A stretch of 64,000 bases of DNA, from positions 55,118,001-55,182,000 of the forward strand of contig NC_073386.1 of NCBI RefSeq assembly GCF_028641065.1, given 5' to 3'. Both the position numbers and the translations under genes were made by a program. Source of the stretch: Leucoraja erinacea. Taxonomy: Eukaryota. A model generated the notes under the pieces. The model searched no databases. It saw only the letters and a list, made by a program, of their open reading frames with translations, and was not told the origin of the DNA. Of this stretch, positions 13,122 to 26,606 are shown in pieces. The first letter of the stretch is position 1; each line of letters starts with the position of its first letter.

Positions 13122-14467
13122 TTAGACTAAGTGGGACCAGAGGGCTAGTATGTACATTGTGGGTCGAGTGGATTCTTGGGCTGGCAGCTCAGTCACTCAG
13201 GCCTGGTGGGCTGGCAGCTCAGTCACTCAGGCCTGGTGGGCTGGCAGCTCAGAAACTGCCAGAAATTCTGCCCAAAACAGGTGAGAGACTCTGTGTGAGA
13301 GAGGGTGGATAAATCAATTTTAGACATTTTTCATCTTTTTCTGCAGATCACAGCAATGAAGAAGGAAAGTCTATCCTGGCCTGGATCTCACAGGGAGCCA
13401 ATGAAGGGAGGGAGAAAAGTACTGGGGTGAGGTTTAATACATGCAGGGGGAATACTTACTGATGGCCCGAAGGGACTCCTCCTGGGCTAGTACAGGCCAG
13501 GGTTAGTACTAGCCTCCTGGGCTAGTACAGGGTGGAAGGTGCTCTTTAAAAAAAAAGTGTGAAATCTCAGTGAAAGGCACTTTTTCTGGACTTTTCCAGG
13601 CCTGGCACGGGCCTTTTGGGCAAGAATACTCCTCCTGCACTAATACGGGCATTTTGGGCAAAAAGGACTATTTTCTCAGCTAATAGGGACGTTGTGGGCT
13701 GAAATTAGTGGTTTCAGGCAGGCCAAAAAAATGATTTAATTTCATTTCCATTTCATTTCAAGCACAGGGCAAGCTAAACAGCTCATTGCATTTTCATTTC
13801 ATTTCCATTTCCATTGCAGTTTCAAGCACAGGGCAGGTCGAATAGCTCATTGCAATTTCATTTCATCTCCATTGCTATTGCAGTTTCAAGCACAGGGCAG
13901 GCCAAGCCAAACAGCTCATTGCATTTTCATTTCCATTGCCATTGCAGTTTCAAGCACAGGGCAGGGCAGGCCAAGCCAAACACCTCATTGCATTTTCATT
14001 TCATTTCCATTGTCATTGCAGTTTCAAGCACAGGGCAGGCCTAACAACTCATTTCATTTTCATTAAGGGCTAACAAATCATTTATTGCAAGTACATTGCA
14101 GACTCACAGTACAGTTGATTCACAGCCTAGAATGAGAATGTGGCCTCTCACTCACGATCTTGCAGAGTGACTGAGTCATGTCCAGGCATCCTGGGTTTTA
14201 TAGTCCCCCCCTCCCCCCCCCCCCCCCCCCCCCCCCCCCCCGCAAGGGGCGTTACCTTAATCATGGTGATTGACAGGTGAGAGGATCTCAAGGTTTTTTA
14301 AACACTCATGACTTTTTTCGATAGGAAAAATCCTCGGGGCCTGCTCAGCAGAGGAGGACTGTGAGTAAAATGGCCCAAAAATTATAGCGATATATGGTCG
14401 TTTTTTTCTAAAATCAATATAGAGCGCAGGCAGGAAGAGGTCAAGATGAGACTTTTAATTATATAGA
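13122..14467 (-). mobile_element. Helitron, duplicated copy 2
   Basis: Same termini and flanks as 7776-9334; CTAG mutated to CTAA; fewer repeat units. Confidence 0.85.
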
Positions 14468-15460
14468 TGGGCCAACCGCAGGCTGGTGGGATTAGTGCAG
14501 ATAGGGCATGTTGGTTTCGTGGGCAAGTCGGGCTCAAGGGCCTCTCTGAATTACACTATGACTCTATGACTCTATATGGTCATGTAGAATTGCACAGTCA
14601 TAAAGCATGAAAACAGGACATTCTGCCCACACGTCCATGCCGACCAGACGGTTCCTATCTGAATTAATCACTTTTGCCCTATTTGTAAAGGCAATCCAAG
14701 GGCTCATCTCAACATATTAAATGCTGTCAGCGACTCTGTTTCCACCACTCTCTGGGTGACAAAGGTCACCTCAGTTCACTTCCCCCTTACCCAAAATCTA
14801 TGTCCTCTTGTTTTATCTACCTAAGGTAGAGTCAATGGTCTCGCCAATGTCTTGTACAACTGTAACATTACCTCCCAACTTCTATACTCAATACTCTGAA
14901 ATAATGAAAGCAAATGTGCCAAAAGCCTCTTGACCACCCTATCTACACGTGTAGCCACTTTCAAGGAACTATGTACATGTATCTGATATAATTGAGGAAA
15001 TGTCTCCTGCAGTGCCCTCTAACAATACCCTTCATGGCTTTGTATATCTCAACCATCTCTCCTTAATCCCCTCCATTCCAGTCTCTCTTCATAACTGAAA
15101 TGCTCTATCCCAGGCAAATCCTGGAGAATTCCCTCCAGTGCCATTGCATCCTTCCTATAGCATGTTGACTGGAATTGCACGGAGTACCCCGGCTCAGATC
15201 TGACCAATATTGGAGCTTAACCTCCCTGTGCTTGTAGTCAAAGCCCTGACTCATGAAGGCCAGCATCCCATAGGCCTTCTTAACCACATTATCACCTGCT
15301 CAGCCACTTTCAAGGAACTTTGGCCATACAGACATATCCTTCAATTCCCCAGTGTACGCTAGGAGATTATCAATCATGGTATATGTCCTAGCGTCATTAA
15401 TAACCCCAAAATGCATCCCCTCTCATTTAAGATAGACGCAAAAGGCTGGAATAACCCAGT

Positions 15461-16056
15461 GGGACGTTGTGGGCCGAAATTAGTGGTTTCAGGCAGGCCA
15501 AAAAAAATGATTTAATTTCATTTCCATTTCATTTCAAGCACAGGGCAAGCCAAACAGCTAATTGCATTTTCATTTCATTTCCATTTCCATTGCAGTTTCA
15601 AGCACAGGGCAGGTCGAATAGCTCATTGCATTTTCATTTCATCTCCATTGCTATTGCAGTTTCAAGCACAGGGCAGGCCAAGCCAAACAGCTCATTGCAT
15701 TTTCATTTCATTTCCATTGCCATTGCAGTTTCAAGCACAGGGCAGGGCAGGCCAAGCCAAACACCTCATTGCATTTTCATTTCATTTCCATTGCCATTGA
15801 AGTTTCAAGCACAGGGCAGGCTAAGCCAAACAGCTCATTGCATTTTCATTTCATTTCCATTGTCATTGCAGTTTCAAGCACAGGGCAGGCCTAACAACTC
15901 ATTTCATTTTCATTAAGGGCTAACATTTATTGCAAGTACATTGCAGACTCACAGTACAGTTGATTCACAGCCTAGAATGAGAATGTGGCCTCTCCCTCAC
16001 GATCTTGCAGAGTGACTGAGTCATGTTCAGGCATCCTGGGTTTTATAGTCCTGCCT

Positions 16057-16096
<40 letters not shown>

Positions 16097-16330
16097 CAAG
16101 GGGCGTTACCTTAATCGTGGTGATTGACAGGTGAGAGGATCTCAAGGTTTTTTAAACACTCATGACTTTTTTATTTTTCATCGATGGGAAAAGTCCTCGG
16201 GACCTGCTCAGCAGAGGAGGACTGTGAGTAAAATGGCCCAAAAATCATAGCGATATATGGTCGTTTTTTTCTAAAATCAATATAGAGCGCAGACAGGAAG
16301 TGGTCAAGATGAGACTTTTAATTATATAGA
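15461..16330 (-). mobile_element. Helitron, partial copy 3 (5' part)
   Basis: Created by the internal 1.8-kb duplication. Confidence 0.8.
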
Positions 16331-19300
16331 TGGGCCAACCGCAGGCTGGTGGGATTAGTGCAGATAGGGCATGTTGGTTTCGTGGGCAAGTTGGGCTCAA
16401 GGGCCTCTCTGAATTACACTATGACTCTATGACTCTATATGGTCATGTAGAATTGCACAGTCATAAAGCATGAAAACAGGACATTCTGCCCACACGTCCA
16501 TGCCGACCAGACGGTTCCTATTCTGAATTAATCACTTTTGCCCTATTTGTAAAGGCAATCCAAGGGCTCATCTAAACACATTAAATGCTGTCAGCGACTC
16601 TGTTTCCACCACTCTCAGGGTGACAAAGGTCACCTCAGTTCACTTCCCCCTTACCCAAAATCTATGTCCTCTTGTTTTATCTACATAAGGTAGAGTCAAT
16701 GGTCTCGCCAATGTCTTGTACAACTGTAACATAACCTCCCAACTTCTATACCCAATACTCTGAAATGATGAAAGCAAATGTGCCAAAAGCCTCTTGACCA
16801 CCCTATTTACATGTGTAGCCACTTTCAAGGAACTATGTACATGTGTCTGATATAATTGAGGAATTGTCTCCTGCAGTGCCCTCTAACAATACCCTTCATG
16901 GCTTTGTATATCTCAATCATCTCTCCTTAATCCCCTCCATTCCAGTCTCTCTTCATAACTGAACTGCTCTATCCCAGGCAAATCCTGGAGAATTCCCTCC
17001 ACGCACTCTCCAGCGCCATTGCATCCTTCCTATAGCATGTTGACTGGAATTGCACGGAGTACCCCGGCTCAGATCTGACCAATATTGGAGCTTAACCTCC
17101 CTGTGCTTGTAGTCAAAGCCCTGACTCATGAAGGCCAGCATCCCATAGGCCTTCTTAACCACATTATCACCTGCTCAGCCACTTTCAAGGAGCTTTGGCC
17201 AAACAGACATATCCTTCAATTCCCCAGTGTACGCTAGGAGATTATCAATCATGGTATATGTCCTAGCGTTGTTAATAACCCCAAAATGCATCCCCTCTCA
17301 TTTAAGATTTTTTTATGATTTTTAATTTTTTTTTTTAATTTTATGATACTGCCTGTAAGGGAAATTCATTTTGTTGTCTCAAATTGAGACAATGACAATA
17401 AATTTAAATACAATACAATACAATACAAGATAGACACAAAAGTCTGGAGTAACTCAGCGGGACAGGCAGCATCTCCAGAGAGAAGGAATGGGTGATGCTT
17501 CGGGTCAAGACTCTTCTTCAGAACTCGACCCGAATCGTCACCCATTCCCTCTCTCCAGAGATGCTGCCTGTACCGCCGAGTTACTCCAGCATTTAGTGTC
17601 TAGTATGTTCGGTGTAAACCAGCATCTGCAGTTCCTTCCTACACATCACCTCTCATTTAGTTGCATTAATGCCCATCTATTTGCCGTTTCTCATACCATT
17701 TCACCTACTCATTGATATCGCCCTGCATCCTAGGATTACCATCTCCACTGTCAACAACTCAAATCTTTTCACCACCTGTGAATTTACCAACCATGTCTCC
17801 TACAGATCTTGCATCAGCTTGAAGGATTCCAGGTCCCACTATCTGATGACAGTGGATGATGAAGCAAAACTAGCTGCTTCATAGATAACAAAATTGAGTG
17901 AGTGATTGAGAACGAACTGAATTAAAGGGACTAAGGCGCTCACACAAATGAACAGCAGTTTTTATGTCTCTCTCGTGCTTCATACATCGTGGGATCACTA
18001 ACATGACGCAGAGAAAAAATCTATTACCTTACAGTGGAAAGCACCTGCACGGAAATCCTGAGATACACAGGGTTTTCCCAACAGCCGGAAACAGAGAGCT
18101 GGAGTAATATATACTCACAGTTAATTTATATAATGTATGAAATATTCATGAAGTAAGAAGCCCACTATAAGGGCTTTAAGAGAGAAGCATTTTCAAATAG
18201 ACCACCCCTGACTCTTCTTCTGGATGTGTCTCGATATCACTGCAGAGGTTGGCAGCAGTCATTGCAAGCCTAAGCATTCCTACAGCTATCTTCTGTAAGG
18301 ACTCCATTCTCCGCGTTCCTCAGTCTCTGCCATATTAGCTACCAGGCTTTCCAAATAGATATCTCTGATATCTTAATTTTCTTCCCTAATTGAGCAAAAC
18401 GGTCCCATCTGGAGTGGGAGTGGCTGTGGGGTATCGAAAGGAATCATAGAAAGTGCATCCTCACCCTAAAGTGCCGAGGACATGGTTGAAGGCTCAAACA
18501 TCCAGCACAAGCTCGAAAGGACTTTGGCTAGGCCGCATTTGGAGTATTGCATGCCATTACAGCAAAGATGTGGTGGCTCTGGAGAGGGTGCTGAGGATCT
18601 TTACCAGAATGCTGCCCGGATTAGAGTGTTTCAGCTACAGGCAAAGGTTGGATAATCTTGGATTATTTTCTCTGGAACGTCAAAGGTTGAGGGGAGACTT
18701 GATAGAAGTATATCAAATTATGAGAGGCATAGATAGGGCAAACGGTCAGAACATTTCTCCTGTGGTGGAAATATCCAGCTCTGGAGGGCATAAGGCGAGA
18801 GGGGGAAAGTTTAATGCAGATGTGCAGGGCAATTATTTTACACAGAAAGTGGTGGAGGCCTGGAACACATTGCCAGGGATGGTGGTGGAGGTTGATACGA
18901 TAGTGACATTGAAGAGGCTTTTGAATTGGCACATGGAAGTGAAGGGAATAGATAGATCGAATACAGGCAGATGAGATCAGTTTAGCTAGGCATCAAGTTC
19001 GGCATAAACATGGTGGGCCTAAGGGCCCATTCCTGTGGGCTCGTGTTGTTCTATGTTCTAAGACCCAGAGTGGAAGAAACTTAAGGGGGGATTTGACCAA
19101 AATCCTCATACCGGCGAGCTGGCCTGAGCGGCGGGCTGCCCGTAGCGGCGACTGCGGAGGGCTCTGGAGGCCCCAACCACGGGTGAACATCGAGGAAGAG
19201 ACTGGCTTTGGTGCCTTCCCTCACAGTGGGAAACTTTTGATTCTGCTGTGTGGGGATGTTTTATGTTTAAATCTAACGTGTTGTGTTCTTTATTTTAGTG

Positions 19301-21272
19301 CATGGCTGTATGGTGATCACATTTCACTGTGCCATCTGGCACATGTGACAAATAAATGCATCTTGTATCTTGTATCTTGATGGGGGTGCTTACAATCACA
19401 TAGGATTAGGGTTATGAATGATAGTCACCCAAACGGGTATGCGACCAATTAGAAATAACAACTCAATATTCCTAAACGACTAATATTTTGATTCCAGTGG
19501 GCAGGAGGGAATATTTTTGCTAAATGCTGTCTGTTCAGATGCAAAGTATAAACACAAAATACCCCTTCCTTTCTTGTGCAGAAACAATGAGTTCAGTTCC
19601 CTTCTCCACTGGGAACGCAAAATCATAAGCTGTTTATAGTAGCATTGATAAAACTTTGTGTTTCTTTGTTTCTTAATGTCTCTGTTGTTTCACATTTGTT
19701 GGCTTGCAGTTCATTTGGCATTAATCTTCTCAGAGAAGAGACTGCAAATGCTAGAACCTTAAAACTCAAATTGCTGGAGAAATTCAGCAGGTCAGACAAC
19801 ATCCATTACTGTCCAACACACAGATGCTGCCAGACCCACTGAAATACTCCAGTTACTTTTTTTAAAAACTTCTCATTGATTGGTTTTGTTGTAAGATTGT
19901 TAAGGGCTTGGACACGCTAGAGGCAGGAAACATGTTCCCAATGTTGGGGGAGTCCAGAACCAGGGGCCACACAGTTTAAGAATAAGGAGTAAGCCATTTA
20001 GAACGGGGACGAGGAAACCCTTTTTCTCACAGAGAGTGGTGAGTCTGACCCTCACCTCTCACCCCCCCCCCCCCCCCCGATCTTTTCACATCCCCAATCC
20101 TTTTCACTTGGTTTCATGTATCTTGTGTTTTATGAATGTTGGCAGATCAATTTCCCTCCTGGGATAAATAGTTCTATCATATCTCATTGCATTGAGGAAG
20201 TATCATTTCAATACTTTTGAATGTGCTGGGTTATTTCAGTAGTTCCATGAAGAAGCAGGAAATGACAGTCATTTGGAGTTCTGCATTTTAAATTTACACC
20301 GAGCCCAACAAATGTAACGACTTAACACAATGGAAGTCAAGTTTGTAATATCTTCAACAGAATGTATCCTGGGAAATGAAATGTTCAACCTTGCACCATG
20401 TCTCTTCAAAGGCTTTCAGATTGTATCTGTTTATTTCCAAATATAGACACAAAATGCTGGAGTAACTCAGTGGGACATTTCCAATCATTTCATCAGTTCA
20501 CTTATTTCATTACAAACTCTGCTTCCATTCATACAGAGCCTTTACTTTTGTATATATATTTTGCATATATAAAATATCCTATCCCCAGATTCTGCTCCCG
20601 TCCCAATTAGAGAAATGTTCATTGTCTGTGTGTGTAAGTCACTTACCAAGTCCGTTGCTGAAAATAAGGAACTGCTTTCCAACGAGTCATTCAGAAACAT
20701 CTCTCTGATTCTCGAGGTGCATTTCCATTAAATTTCCCCTAAAACTCAGTCAATTACCATCATTTTGGTACATCCCATGACACATACCGAATGCTACAAA
20801 CGTCATATCTTTTACGGATTGATTATTCATGGTACGTCACATGAAATGTTTTCAAATAACAATATGTCGCAATATAAAATATCACCCTTAACCATTACAG
20901 ACTTGAATGGAGGTCCAAGTCCTGTGAATGGGAAGGAGTAGGAAGGAACTGTAGAAGGAACATCTTTGAGGAGGGCAGCCCTGGCCCTGGCCCTGACCCT
21001 GGCACTGACCCTCCCCCTCTCCCGGGTGAAGCGCGTAGGCGGATGATTCCGGGACGGGTTGAGCACCAGGCACTACAGCCGCTGCACATTTACATCAGTG
21101 GAACCGCAAACAGGAATGCTAGGAGCATTAAAGCAAGTCTTTATGTTGCTGGCCAACAGCATTAAACAGTCTAAAGAAGTCTAGATGACGGAAACAAAAA
21201 TGCACCTGCGGGCCGTATGATTTCAGGTTACAGGCCGGATGCGGCTCATGGGCCGTAGGTTGCCGACCCCTG

Positions 21273-21650
21273 CCATAAAGAATGAGGACATCTCAGATGC
21301 CCTGGTATGGAACACCTCATCTTGAGGTGCAGATGCGGCGTAGATGGAGGAATTGGGAGTAGGGGATAGAGTGGGTGGGTAGAAGTGTAATCTAGATAGC
21401 TGTTCTAGATAGTCAGTAGGTTTATAATAGATGTCAGTCGATAATCTATCTCCTGTGATGGAGAAGATGATATCAAGAAACGAAAGGGAGATGTCGGATA
21501 TGGTCCAAGTGAATTTGAGTGCAGAATGGAAATTAGAAGTGGTTAATGAAGTCCGTGAGTTCTGCATTGGTGCAGGAGGTAGCCCCAATGCAGTCATTAA
21601 TGCTGCGGAGATAGAGTTTGGGATGTGCTTGCAAACCACCACCAGCAGCT
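21273..21650 (-). mobile_element. Penelope-like RT fragment
   Basis: YLRSINDCIG (degenerate RYIDD), NFHSALKFT, LSFLDI, LSTDIYYKPTD. Confidence 0.8.
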
Positions 21651-22649
21651 AATAGATATAAGATTTGTGTATTGTGTTTGGACAATGATGTGCTCTGCGG
21701 GAAATATGTGGGAACATTGACACAGGAATCATTGGCACAGGAATCATTCAAATGAGGAGCGAATAGGGAAATGTTGTTGTCATATAAGACAGCATGAAGT
21801 CATACAGCATGGAAAGAACCCCTTTGGCCCATCTGATCCATGCTGAAGGAAATTAGTGGCATCCATAGTTAGGGAAAGACAAAACATTCCAAGGGTTGTG
21901 AAGCCTAATCAAAGCCAAGCGTAAGGACATCTCTCTGTCCTGCAGTAGAATGTGGAGTAGGAGTGGAAGATCCAACTGATCCTACACAAAACTCCATCTG
22001 TCATGTCCTAATTTGGTATTGTCAACCAACCCAGAAACGTGTAATTTAGTCCCCTCAACAAATCAGAAATATGGAATTGAAAATTTGGAGTTTAGAAACG
22101 ATCAGGTTGATAATCCTCCGCTTCCTTTCTTTTTAGCAGCAATTAGTCAATGAGGAACAATATAGCAGCTATAAATACCCAACTGATCTCTTTCAGAAAA
22201 CAGGTTATGGGCAGATTCATGTCGTTGGGAAAATCCAACCTCGTGCTCATTTATCTATTTGGAGTAATTCCAGGAAGTTGCTTCATGCTCTGTTTCCATT
22301 AAGTCTGAATTTTGTTTACTTCTTTTTCAAATTTCCTTTGTCAAGTATTTTTTTTTTAATCAGAGTTAAAAGCATTACAAGCCAATGTTCTTTCAAATAT
22401 GGCACCCATCCAATGTTCTAGGTATTGTGAAAAACAATAAACATTTCAGCGTATCGCTATTCCCAATGTATCTTTAATCTATTTCATTTTTGTAAAATGG
22501 CCAAACATTTTTTTTCCATGCTACCCCTTGAGTTGCATTTTTTTTGAACAATTAGTGTTTTGGGTTGGCCAAAATCCCCAAGTCATATTGATAATGAGAG
22601 TAACCTTACTGTGAACTATAATGATCCTTAATCATGCCTTGTACTCTTC

Positions 22650-23352
22650 AGGCTCATTGTAGACTTCAGGAAGTCCAGAGGTGGCACGCACACCCCCATC
22701 CACATTAACGGGACGGAGGTGGAACGTGTTTCTAGCTTCAGGTTCCTGGGAGTCAACATCTCCGATGACCTCTCTTGGACCCACAATACCTCTACTCTGA
22801 TCAAGAAGGCTCATCAGCGTCTCTTCTTCCTGAGGAGACGGAAGAAGGTCCATCTGCCTCCTCAGATCCTGGTGAACTTCTACCGCTGCACCATCGAGAG
22901 CATCCTTACCAACTGCATCACAGTATGGTATGGCAACTGCTCTGTCTCCGACCGGAAGGCACTGCAGAGGGTGGTGAAAATTGCCCAACGCATCACCGGT
23001 TCCACGCTCCCCTCCATTGAGTCTGTCCAAAGCAAGCGCTGTCTGCGGAGGGCGCTCAGCATCGCCAAGGACTGCTCTCACCCCAACCATGGACTGTTTA
23101 CCCTCCTACCATCCGGGAGGCGCTACAGGTCTCTCCGTTGCCGAACCAGTAGGTCGAGGAACAGCTTCTTTCCGGCGGCTGTCACTCTACTAAACAACGT
23201 ACCTCGGGTGACTGCCTTATTATTTATTTTTTATTCAAATCGTTTGCTATGTCGCTCTTCAAGGGCGATGCTAAATGCATTTCGTTGTCTCTGTACTGTA
23301 CACTGACAATGACAATTAAAATTGAATCTGAATCTGAATCTGAATCTGAATC
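22650..23352 (+). mobile_element. Rex1/Babar-like LINE 3' end
   Basis: VERVSSFRFLGVNISDDLSW...YRCTIESILT...LPSGRRYRS; (ATCTGA)n tail. Confidence 0.88.
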
Positions 23353-23587
23353 AGGGGAATGTGAAAGTCCTCAAGACTTTACTTAATGTTGCAACGCTCT
23401 GTGCGAGGTGCTTCATGTGAAACACTTACCTGCATTAACCAATGTAATTAGTCCTTTGAAAAACTCAGTCAAGTTCGTCAAACGGAAGTCATGCTGGCTT
23501 TCTTTGCTTAATCCTGCCTCCACTTACTTTCGAAAATAGACAGAAAATGCTGGAGTAACTCAGCGGGACAGGCAGCATCTCTGGAGA

Positions 23588-23626
23588 TGGGTAACGTTTC
23601 GGGTCAAGACCCTTCTTCAGACTGAA
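23588..23626 (-). ncRNA. Minimal hammerhead-ribozyme-like motif in a Penelope terminal repeat
   Basis: CUGAAGA-A-GGGUC(UU)GACCC-GAAAC-GUU; stem I weak. Confidence 0.45.
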
Positions 23627-24989
23627 AGTCACGGGAAAGGGAAACGAGAGATATAGGAATCATGGAAGCTTATCTATGCAAAGCAAACTGCCATAGAAAA
23701 GCAAAAGGCATTACCACAATTGTGAGATGATATGCATAGACATTGATTTTGTTCCACCTGTACCTCTGTACCATGGCCATAGTTACAAAGCCCTGGACAT
23801 TGGAACAATCACCTGCAACATGCAGAGGCAATATTAAGCACAATTTATAAGTGCTTAGGTGGCACAGTGACCCAGATGGTAGAGTTACTGCCTCACAGCG
23901 CCAGAGACACAGTTTCGTTCCTGACCTAGGGTGCTGTCTGTTTAATTGAGATTATCGTCACGTGTGCCGGGGTATAGTGAAAAGCTTTTGTTGCGTGCTA
24001 ACCAGTCAGCAGAAAGACAATACATGATTACAATTGAGCCTTATACAGTGTATAGGTACATGAAAAGGGAATAACGTTTAGTGCAAGGTAAAGCCAGCAA
24101 TGTCCGATCAAGGATAGTGCGAGGGTCACCAATGAGGTAGATGGTAGTTCAGCACTGCTGTGTGGTGTTTGTCTGTGCGCTGTTTGTATTGCCTCTCTGT
24201 GACTGTTTGGGTTTCCTCCTGGTGCTCCAGTTTCCTCACAAATCCCAAAAACGTTTGCAGGTTATTTGGCCTCTGTAAAATTGTTCCGAATGTGTAGGGA
24301 GTGGCAGAGAAAGTAGGTAAACAGAACTAGTTTAAATGGATGATTGATCGCTGGTGTGGACTCGGTGCGCCGAATGGACTAATATATTGCAGATGCCGCA
24401 AATCTGAAATAAAGCAGAAAATGAGGTAATATTCAACAAATCAGCAACACAGTTGATGGAAAAGCCAGAATTAGATTGGGGCAGGCAGCAGCCTTTCAGG
24501 CCTCTTTCCTCTCATGGGTGAACTTATCTTGACCTCAGCTCTACATTGCTGCCCCATAATAATTGTTCCTATTTCCCATAGGAATCCCCATTTTCAGTGC
24601 TCTATTATCCTTAATTCTCCTACAGAACAAGGATCTTTCGGTCTGGGCCTTGAATGTCTTCAATGATGCTGCCTCCACAGGCCTCTGAGGTATTCTAAAG
24701 ATTCAAGGCCCTCTGAGAGAAGGAAATCCCCTATAAACCCTACTTTAAATGGTCAAGATCTTATTCTGTCCCTCCAGTTCTATATTCTCCCATGAGAGTA
24801 AACAAGCACCAAGCAGCTACTTTATATCAATGATTTGGATGTGGATGTGCAAGAACATTAATAACTTTGCAGATGATACTAAACAGGGTGGTATCATGGC
24901 TACCAAATTTAGTTATCGCAAGTGACAGCAGGATTCTTATTAGTGAGGCAAGTGGGCTAAGGAATGGTTAATTAAATTTAGTGCAGGTA

Positions 24990-26606
24990 CAGTGGCTTGC
25001 AAAAGTTTTCATACCCCTTGAATTTTTCCACATTTTGTCACGTTACAACCACAAACGTAAATGTATTTTATTGGGATTTTATGTGATAGACCAACACAAA
25101 GTGGCGCATAATTGTGAAGTGGAAGGAAAATGATACATGGTTTTCAAATTTTTTTACAAATAAAAAACTGAAAAGTGTGGCGTGCAAAAATATTTGGCCT
25201 CCCTGAGTCAACACTTTGCAGAACCACCTTTCGCTGCAATTACAGCTGCAAGTCTTTTGGGGTATGTCTCTACCAGCTTTGCACATCTAGAGACTGAAAT
25301 TTTTGCCCATTCTTCTTTGCAAAATAGCTCAAGCTCAGTCAGATTGGATGGAGAGCGTCTGTGAACAGCAATTTTCAAGTCTTGCCAGAGATTCACAATT
25401 GGATTTAGGTCTGTACTTTGACTGGGCCATTCTAACACATGAATATGCTTTGATCTAAACCATTCCATTGTAGTTCTGGCTGTATGTTTAGGGTCGTTGT
25501 CCTGCTGGAAGGTGAACCTCCGCCCCAGTCTCAAGTCTTTTGCAGACTCTAACAGGTTTTCTTCCAAGATTGCCCTGTATTTGGCTCCATCCATCTTCCC
25601 ATCAACTCTGACCAGCTTCCCTGTCCCTGCTGAAGAAAAGCATCCCCACAGCATGATGCTGCCACCACCATGTTTCACAGTGGGGATGGTGTGTTCAGGG
25701 TGATGTGCAGTGTTAGTTTTCCGCCACACATAGCGTTTTGCATTTAGGCCAAAAACTTCAATTTTGGTCTCATCTGACCAGAGCACCTTCCTCCACATGT
25801 TTGTTGTGTCCCCCACATGGCTTGTGGCAAACTGCAAACGGGACTTCTTATGGCTTTTTTTCAACAATGGCTTTCTTCTTGCCACTCTTCCATAAAGGCC
25901 CAATTTGTGGAGTGCACGACTAATAGTTGTCCTGTGGACAGATTCTCCCACCTGAGCTGTGGATCTCTGCAGCTCCTCCAGAGTTACCATGGGCCTCTTG
26001 GCTGCTTCTCTGATCAATGCTCTCCTTGCCCGGCCTGTCAGTTTAGGTGGACGGCCATGTCTTGGTAGGTTTGCAGTTGTGCCATACTCTTTCCATTTTC
26101 GGATGATGGATTGAACAGTGCTCCGTGAGATGTTCAAAGCTTGGGATATTTTTTTATAACCTAACCCTGCTTTAAACTTCTCCACAACTTTATCCCTGAC
26201 CTGTCTGGTGTGTTCCTTGGGCTTCATGATGCTGTTTGTTCACTAATGTTCTCTAACAAACCTCTGAGGCCTTCACAGAACAGCTGTATTGATACTGAGA
26301 TTAGATTACACACAAGTGGACTCTATTTACTAATTAGGTGACTTCTGAAGGCAATTGGTTGCACTGGATTTTATTTAGGGGTATCAGAGTAAAGGGGGCT
26401 GAATACTTTTGCACGCCACACTTTTCAGTTTTTTATTTGTAAAAAAATTTGAAAACCATGTATCATTTTCCTCCCACTTCACAATTATGCGCCACTTTAT
26501 GTTGGTCTATCACATAAAATCCCAATAAAATACATTTACGTTTGTGGTTGTAACATGACAAAATGTGGAAAAGTTCAAGGGGTATGAATACTTTTGCAAG
26601 CCATTG
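24990..26606 (-). mobile_element. Full-length Tc1 DNA transposon (Passport/IR-DR type)
   Basis: TA duplication at 24988-24989 and 26607-26608; CAGTGG-type ~210-bp TIRs with inner and outer direct repeats; the paralogous empty site at ~58801-58806 has a single TA. Confidence 0.97.
25208..26227 (-). CDS. Tc1 transposase, 339 aa, DD34E with catalytic E->V
   Basis: Uninterrupted ORF; GRPPK, WSDETK and QQDNDPKH motifs; SPDLNPIENLW appears as STDLNPIVNLW. Confidence 0.93.
   Translation of the reverse strand: MKPKEHTRQVRDKVVEKFKAGLGYKKISQALNISRSTVQSIIRKWKEYGTTANLPRHGRPPKLTGRARRALIREAAKRPMVTLEELQRSTAQVGESVHRTTISRALHKLGLYGRVARRKPLLKKSHKKSRLQFATSHVGDTTNMWRKVLWSDETKIEVFGLNAKRYVWRKTNTAHHPEHTIPTVKHGGGSIMLWGCFSSAGTGKLVRVDGKMDGAKYRAILEENLLESAKDLRLGRRFTFQQDNDPKHTARTTMEWFRSKHIHVLEWPSQSTDLNPIVNLWQDLKIAVHRRSPSNLTELELFCKEEWAKISVSRCAKLVETYPKRLAAVIAAKGGSAKC

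Larger units (their letters stand above)
5322..17779 (+). repeat. Nested tandem segmental duplication (5337-bp unit plus internal ~1.8-kb unit)
   Basis: 5322-10658 repeats from 10659 (ORF offset 5337); 13686-15460 repeats again from 15461. Confidence 0.95.

Noticed and set aside
18020-23440. Scattered minus-strand splice-donor-like sites (~18115, ~20645, ~23428) and a GC-rich patch at 20960-21090
   Set aside because: No joinable coding frame; a lncRNA cannot be supported without RNA data
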